Origin: a virus
Virus record (IMG/VR): IMGVR_UViG_3300042449_000993
Coordinates: 32,001 to 96,000 of that record
Strand: one strand, 5' to 3'
Length of the DNA stretch: 64,000 nt
Below, piece by piece: positions 59,924 to 64,000 of this stretch. Numbering within the stretch: position 1 is the stretch's first letter; every line of letters begins with the position of its first letter. The translations under genes and the position numbers were made by a program. The notes under the pieces were generated by a model, which made no database searches, was not told where the DNA came from, and saw only the letters and a program-made list of their open reading frames with translations.

Positions 59924-60163
59924 ATGAGCAATGATGGGTATTCATTAGACGCAGTGACAGCAGCAATTGCTGGCAATAAAGAAGGATTTGTAAATGCTTT
60001 CAATAGCGCAATTGCATCCAAAGTAACTGACGCACTTGAAGTAAAAAAAGTTGAAGTTGCATCCAATTTACTCGGACAAGAAGAAGTAACGAATGAAATT
60101 GAAGGATCTGAAACAGAAGTTGACGGAAGCAGCGATGCAGCCGTCGACAGCACAGAAGAATAA
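59924..60163 (+). CDS. Prohead core protein (gp67-like, acidic)
   Basis: Small acidic ORF immediately after the portal gene; GGAG RBS before ATG 59924. Confidence 0.6.
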   Translation: MSNDGYSLDAVTAAIAGNKEGFVNAFNSAIASKVTDALEVKKVEVASNLLGQEEVTNEIEGSETEVDGSSDAAVDSTEE

Positions 60164-60974
60164 GGTTTCTGCAACTCAAAAATCTGACGGAAGCGTTAGG
60201 TCAAGAGTTATGGCAGCAAAGTCTGCATTAGGGTTGAAAGATCTTAATGCATCAGCTGCAGCAACAGGTCACAAACTTTATACGCAATTGTCTTCACAAA
60301 ATCCAAACTTGCAACAAAATCAAGTTTTAAATCGAATTAGCCCAAGTGCTCGTAAACATTATATGAAGTTGAGTTCTATTGTTCCATCAGAATTCTTATC
60401 AGATAAGATTCCAATGAATCAATTTAGAGCAACTTTAAATCGTATTAAAGCAGCTCAAAATATTTCAAAACAATTGAACAATCATTATGAGATTCTTGAC
60501 ACAGAACAAGAAACAATGTCAATTGATGAATCATTTTATCCGCCACAAATGATGGTGTTGCGTAGAACTGGCGTTCGTATTTTCCCAGATGGTCGTCGAG
60601 TTGCTCTTTATAGCAATGACAAACTTGGATTAGTTTTCACAGTTCCATTTAAATCTTCTGGTGTTACAGATACATTACCAAACGTAACAGCAGAAGAAGT
60701 TGAAGTTGACAATTTAATGGAAAGTCTTGAACAAGTCGCAGCATATGCTTCACAAGAAAATCCAAAGTCTACAGCAAAACATATGAAGTTTGCTGATGGA
60801 TCTAAAATGAAAGTCAGTCATGGTGCAGCAAAAGCCATTCATATGGTTCACGATGCATTAAATGACGAAAATAAAAAGAAGTTTGCTGACATGCTTACAA
60901 CTCCAAAAAGTTTTGAAAAGGCAGCACACTTTGCATTGAGCAGAGTTAAATTTACAATCGGAGACGAACAATGA
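60093..60974 (+). CDS. Hypothetical head-cluster protein, possible internal protein
   Basis: 293-aa ORF within the prohead cluster; contains L/I-x-E candidate protease sites. Confidence 0.55.
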   Translation: MKLKDLKQKLTEAAMQPSTAQKNKVSATQKSDGSVRSRVMAAKSALGLKDLNASAAATGHKLYTQLSSQNPNLQQNQVLNRISPSARKHYMKLSSIVPSEFLSDKIPMNQFRATLNRIKAAQNISKQLNNHYEILDTEQETMSIDESFYPPQMMVLRRTGVRIFPDGRRVALYSNDKLGLVFTVPFKSSGVTDTLPNVTAEEVEVDNLMESLEQVAAYASQENPKSTAKHMKFADGSKMKVSHGAAKAIHMVHDALNDENKKKFADMLTTPKSFEKAAHFALSRVKFTIGDEQ

Positions 60975-61270
60975 GTTTAGTTTCTGACATCGTAAGAGAA
61001 ATTATCGCAGAAGCCAACGTTCAAAAAATTGGACGTAAAAAACTTATTCGTTTAAGAGTTCGTGGTGGCAAAGTTCAACGACGCAAAATTGTATCTGGCG
61101 TTAAGGGTTATACAATTCGTGGTGGCAAGATGATTCGCATGTCATCTAGCGAAAGAATTAAGAGAAAAATTGGTGCTCGTCGCGCAAAAATTAAACGCAG
61201 AGCAAAACTCGCAAGAGCATTAATTAAAAGAAAGCGTTCATTAAGAAAACGCACATCATTGGGGCTATAA
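60971..61270 (+). CDS. Highly basic prohead core protein (gp68-like)
   Basis: Arg/Lys-rich with RVRGGK and IRGGK; directly before gp21. Confidence 0.65.
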   Translation: MSLVSDIVREIIAEANVQKIGRKKLIRLRVRGGKVQRRKIVSGVKGYTIRGGKMIRMSSSERIKRKIGARRAKIKRRAKLARALIKRKRSLRKRTSLGL

Positions 61271-61272
61271 AA

Positions 61273-61917
61273 ATGAAATTAATCACAGAAACAGTTGAAG
61301 CAGTGAAGATGATCACCGAAGAAAAGAACGGTGTGAAAAGTCTCTTCATTCAAGGTCCATTTCTTGTTGCTGAAAAAAAGAATCGTAACGGTCGCATCTA
61401 TCCAGTAGAAACTCTTTCGAAAGAAGTGAAGCGTTATGATGAAGACTATGTTCAAAAGAATCGCGCATTCGGCGAATTGGGTCATCCTGATTCACCAACG
61501 ATTAATCTAGATCGCGTATCACATCTTATCACTAATCTCAAACAAGAAGGTAATGTTTGGATTGGTAAAGCAAAAATTCTTGAAACACCAATGGGTAAAA
61601 TCGCCAAGTCTCTTATGGAAGGCGGTGCAATTCTTGGTGTGTCATGTCGTGGCATGGGCTCTCTCAAAAACGAGAACGGTGTCAACGTCGTGCAAGATGA
61701 CTATTATCTGGCCACAGCGGCTGATATTGTAGCGGATCCATCCGCACCAGGTGCTTTCGTTCAAGGTATTATGGAAGGTAAAGAGTGGGTTTGGGATAAT
61801 GGCATTGTAAAAGAATTAGATGTCAATGCTTATTATAATCAAATCAAGAATGTAAAGCAAAAACAAATTGACGAAATCTCATTGAAGATCTTTGAGAATT
61901 TCTTGTCAAAACTTTAA
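61273..61917 (+). CDS. 21: Prohead protease gp21
   Basis: MKLITE, NRNGRIYP, GELGHP, VSH, GVSCRGMGSL, DIVADPSAP. Confidence 0.96.
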   Translation: MKLITETVEAVKMITEEKNGVKSLFIQGPFLVAEKKNRNGRIYPVETLSKEVKRYDEDYVQKNRAFGELGHPDSPTINLDRVSHLITNLKQEGNVWIGKAKILETPMGKIAKSLMEGGAILGVSCRGMGSLKNENGVNVVQDDYYLATAADIVADPSAPGAFVQGIMEGKEWVWDNGIVKELDVNAYYNQIKNVKQKQIDEISLKIFENFLSKL

Positions 61918-61921
61918 AATT

Positions 61922-61929
61922 TATAAATA
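61922..61929 (+). promoter_or_regulatory. T4-type late promoter for gp22-gp23
   Basis: Exact TATAAATA in the gp21-gp22 gap. Confidence 0.75.
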
Positions 61930-61956
61930 ATATTACTTCTTCAGGAGTTAAAACAA

Positions 61957-63198
61957 ATGGCTAAGACATTATCAGAATCCGCTGCAGAAATTCTAAGAGC
62001 ATCAATGAATGCTGCAGGAAAAGAACCAGCAGCAAAATTGCCAGGCGAGATGGAAGATCTCGGTGGACAAACCCCAGAATCACTACCAAATGACTATGGT
62101 CTTAAAGCATCGGCTGAAATGAAACCAGCTGCAAAGCCAGGTCACGAAGGTGTTCCAGCAGAACCAATGAAGAAACTTCCTGGTTCAGATGCTAAGAAAC
62201 TCGCTGACGAAGGAGAAGGTCTTAAGAAGAATCCAGTAGATGCTGGCGAATATAAGACTGAAGAAACAGAAATCGAAGGCGAAGTTGTCGCAGAAGGCGG
62301 CACAAAGGTTCCAATGCCACTTCCTGTCAAGAAACTCGGCGAAGCTGAATCTGAAGAAGATGAAGATAAGGACGAGGAAGAAGAAGAAGAGGAAGACGAA
62401 GACGAAAAGGAAATGAAAGAAGCCTGGAAGAAAGACATGGTCAAGAAGCACAGCAAGTCAATGGCTGAAGACGTTGATGCTCTCTTCAATGGCGAATCTC
62501 TATCCGAAGAATTCCGCACAAAAGCAACAACGATTTTTGAAGCAGCCGTAAATTCTCGCGTTGAATCAATCGTTGAAGATATGGCAGCAGAGAATGATCA
62601 AATTCTTGCTGAAGCATATGAAGCAATGCAAACACAACTAGCTGAACAAGTAGATGAATATCTAAACTATGTTGTTGAGCAATGGATGGAAGAAAATAAA
62701 GTTGCAATCGAAGCAGGTCTCCGTTCTGAATTGACGGAAGACTTTATCAACGGTCTCAAGAATCTCTTTGCAGAACACTACATCGAGATCCCAGAAGAGA
62801 AGGTTGAGGTTGCAGAAACTCTAGCAGTTCGCGTTGCAGAACTCGAAGAAGCAGTCACAACTCTTGCATCAGATGCTGATGCTAAGATCACTGCTCTTAC
62901 AGAGGAACTTAACGTTGCAAAGAGAAATGAAGCAATTCGCAAGATCTGTGAAGGACTAACCGAAGTACAGGTCGAGAAAATGAAATCGCTCGCAGAGGGC
63001 GTGGAGTTCACCACAGAAGGTGAGTTTAATAGCAAACTCGCAGTAATTCGCGAGAACTACTTCCCAGTAAATAAAGTGAAAAGTGAGGTAAAGGCACTTC
63101 AAGAGACGACGGTCACTGAAGATAAGCCAGAAGTAGAAGTTCATGGTCTAATGAAACATTATGTGCAAGCAATTACAAAAACGGCTCCAAAAGCCTAA
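61957..63198 (+). CDS. 22: Prohead scaffold / core protein gp22
   Basis: LSEEFRTKATTIFEAAV, VDEYLNYVVEQW, GLKNLFAEHYIEIPEEK; acidic N-terminal extension. Confidence 0.93.
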   Translation: MAKTLSESAAEILRASMNAAGKEPAAKLPGEMEDLGGQTPESLPNDYGLKASAEMKPAAKPGHEGVPAEPMKKLPGSDAKKLADEGEGLKKNPVDAGEYKTEETEIEGEVVAEGGTKVPMPLPVKKLGEAESEEDEDKDEEEEEEEDEDEKEMKEAWKKDMVKKHSKSMAEDVDALFNGESLSEEFRTKATTIFEAAVNSRVESIVEDMAAENDQILAEAYEAMQTQLAEQVDEYLNYVVEQWMEENKVAIEAGLRSELTEDFINGLKNLFAEHYIEIPEEKVEVAETLAVRVAELEEAVTTLASDADAKITALTEELNVAKRNEAIRKICEGLTEVQVEKMKSLAEGVEFTTEGEFNSKLAVIRENYFPVNKVKSEVKALQETTVTEDKPEVEVHGLMKHYVQAITKTAPKA

Positions 63199-63229
63199 TT
63201 AACTCATCTTTTTTAACGGAGTATTATAA

Positions 63230-64000
63230 ATGTATCTAAATGAAACCATTACAAAAAAGTGGGCTCCAGTTCTTGATCACGGCGATCTTCCAGCGATCTC
63301 TGATCCATACAAGCGTGCAGTTACTGCCCTTGTTCTAGAAAACCAAGAACGTGCCCTTCAAGAAGAAAACCGCTCAATGACAAACCTATGGGAAGCAGCT
63401 CCTGCTAATGCCATGGGTTCAGCAGGCATCAGCGGTCTTGCTTCAACAGTCAACACTGGCGTAACAGGCTTCGACCCAATCCTAATCGGATTGGTCCGTC
63501 GTGCTCTTCCAAACCTAATGGCTTATGACATCTGCGGCGTTCAGCCAATGACTGGTCCAACAGGTTTGATTTTCGCAATGCGCTCAGTCTATGCATCCTC
63601 AACAGCACGTGGCGGTGAAGCTCTCTTCGACGAAGCAAATAACGCCCACTCTGGTAACGGTACAATGACTGCATTCACCAGCACTATAAATCCAGGTAAT
63701 GCTAACTCATCAATCTACGGTCTTGCAAACACTGGCTTCGGTCTCGACACCGCATCTGGTGAAGATCTAACGATGAAGTATATGGGCTTCCAAATCGATC
63801 GTGTTGCTGTTACAGCAAATACACGCGGCTTGCAAGCAGCATACACGCTAGAACTTGCACAAGATCTCAAGGCAGTTCACGGTCTCGACGCAGAAACAGA
63901 ATTGACAAATATCTTGTCAACAGAAATTCTTGCTGAAATCAACCGCGAAGTTGTTCGTACGATCTATGCAACAGCAAACGTCGGTATCGTCGGTGTGACA
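63230..64000 (+). CDS. 23: Major capsid protein gp23, 3'-truncated by window end
   Basis: Manual translation MYLNETITKKWAPVLDH...LENQE...DPILIGLVRRALPNLMAYDICGVQPMTGPTGLIFAMR...ELAQDLKAVHGLDAETEL. Confidence 0.97.
   Translation, partial: MYLNETITKKWAPVLDHGDLPAISDPYKRAVTALVLENQERALQEENRSMTNLWEAAPANAMGSAGISGLASTVNTGVTGFDPILIGLVRRALPNLMAYDICGVQPMTGPTGLIFAMRSVYASSTARGGEALFDEANNAHSGNGTMTAFTSTINPGNANSSIYGLANTGFGLDTASGEDLTMKYMGFQIDRVAVTANTRGLQAAYTLELAQDLKAVHGLDAETELTNILSTEILAEINREVVRTIYATANVGIVGVT

Overview
This window is a 64 kb segment of a T4-like (gp23-type) myovirus genome, AT-rich and probably aquatic. The left end holds auxiliary genes: ahpD, a CDGSH-like Fe-S mini-protein, a circularly permuted two-piece tmRNA, a SleB-type hydrolase and guaC. 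These are followed by gp33-gp59-gp32 with two inserted genes, and an opposite-strand block of gp4, gp2, gp54-like, gp26, gp51 and a possible hub gene. A long late operon on the + strand then encodes baseplate gp48, 53, 27-like, 5, 25, 6, 7, 8 and a split VrlC-like pair. An accessory fibre region (29-51 kb) precedes neck, tail and head genes gp13-gp23, with gp23 truncated by the window end. Most notable are four things. (1) A cassette at 35.2-40.1 kb where a Pro/Asn/Tyr repeat protein with mirror-matched repeat counts (a putative long antiparallel hairpin with an aromatic tip) is followed by a PKHD-type 2OG-Fe(II) hydroxylase, two DUF6065-like paralogues and a GT60/Gnt1-like GlcNAc transferase; this suggests phage-encoded hydroxylation and glycosylation of virion fibres. 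(2) A phage-encoded permuted tmRNA with tag ANDDSFTPMALAA. (3) Three mosaic Ala-heptad fibres, one with an intact cupredoxin copper motif. (4) gp5 with a C-terminal Cys-His hydrolase instead of lysozyme. All family assignments come from motif recognition and synteny; no database searches were run.
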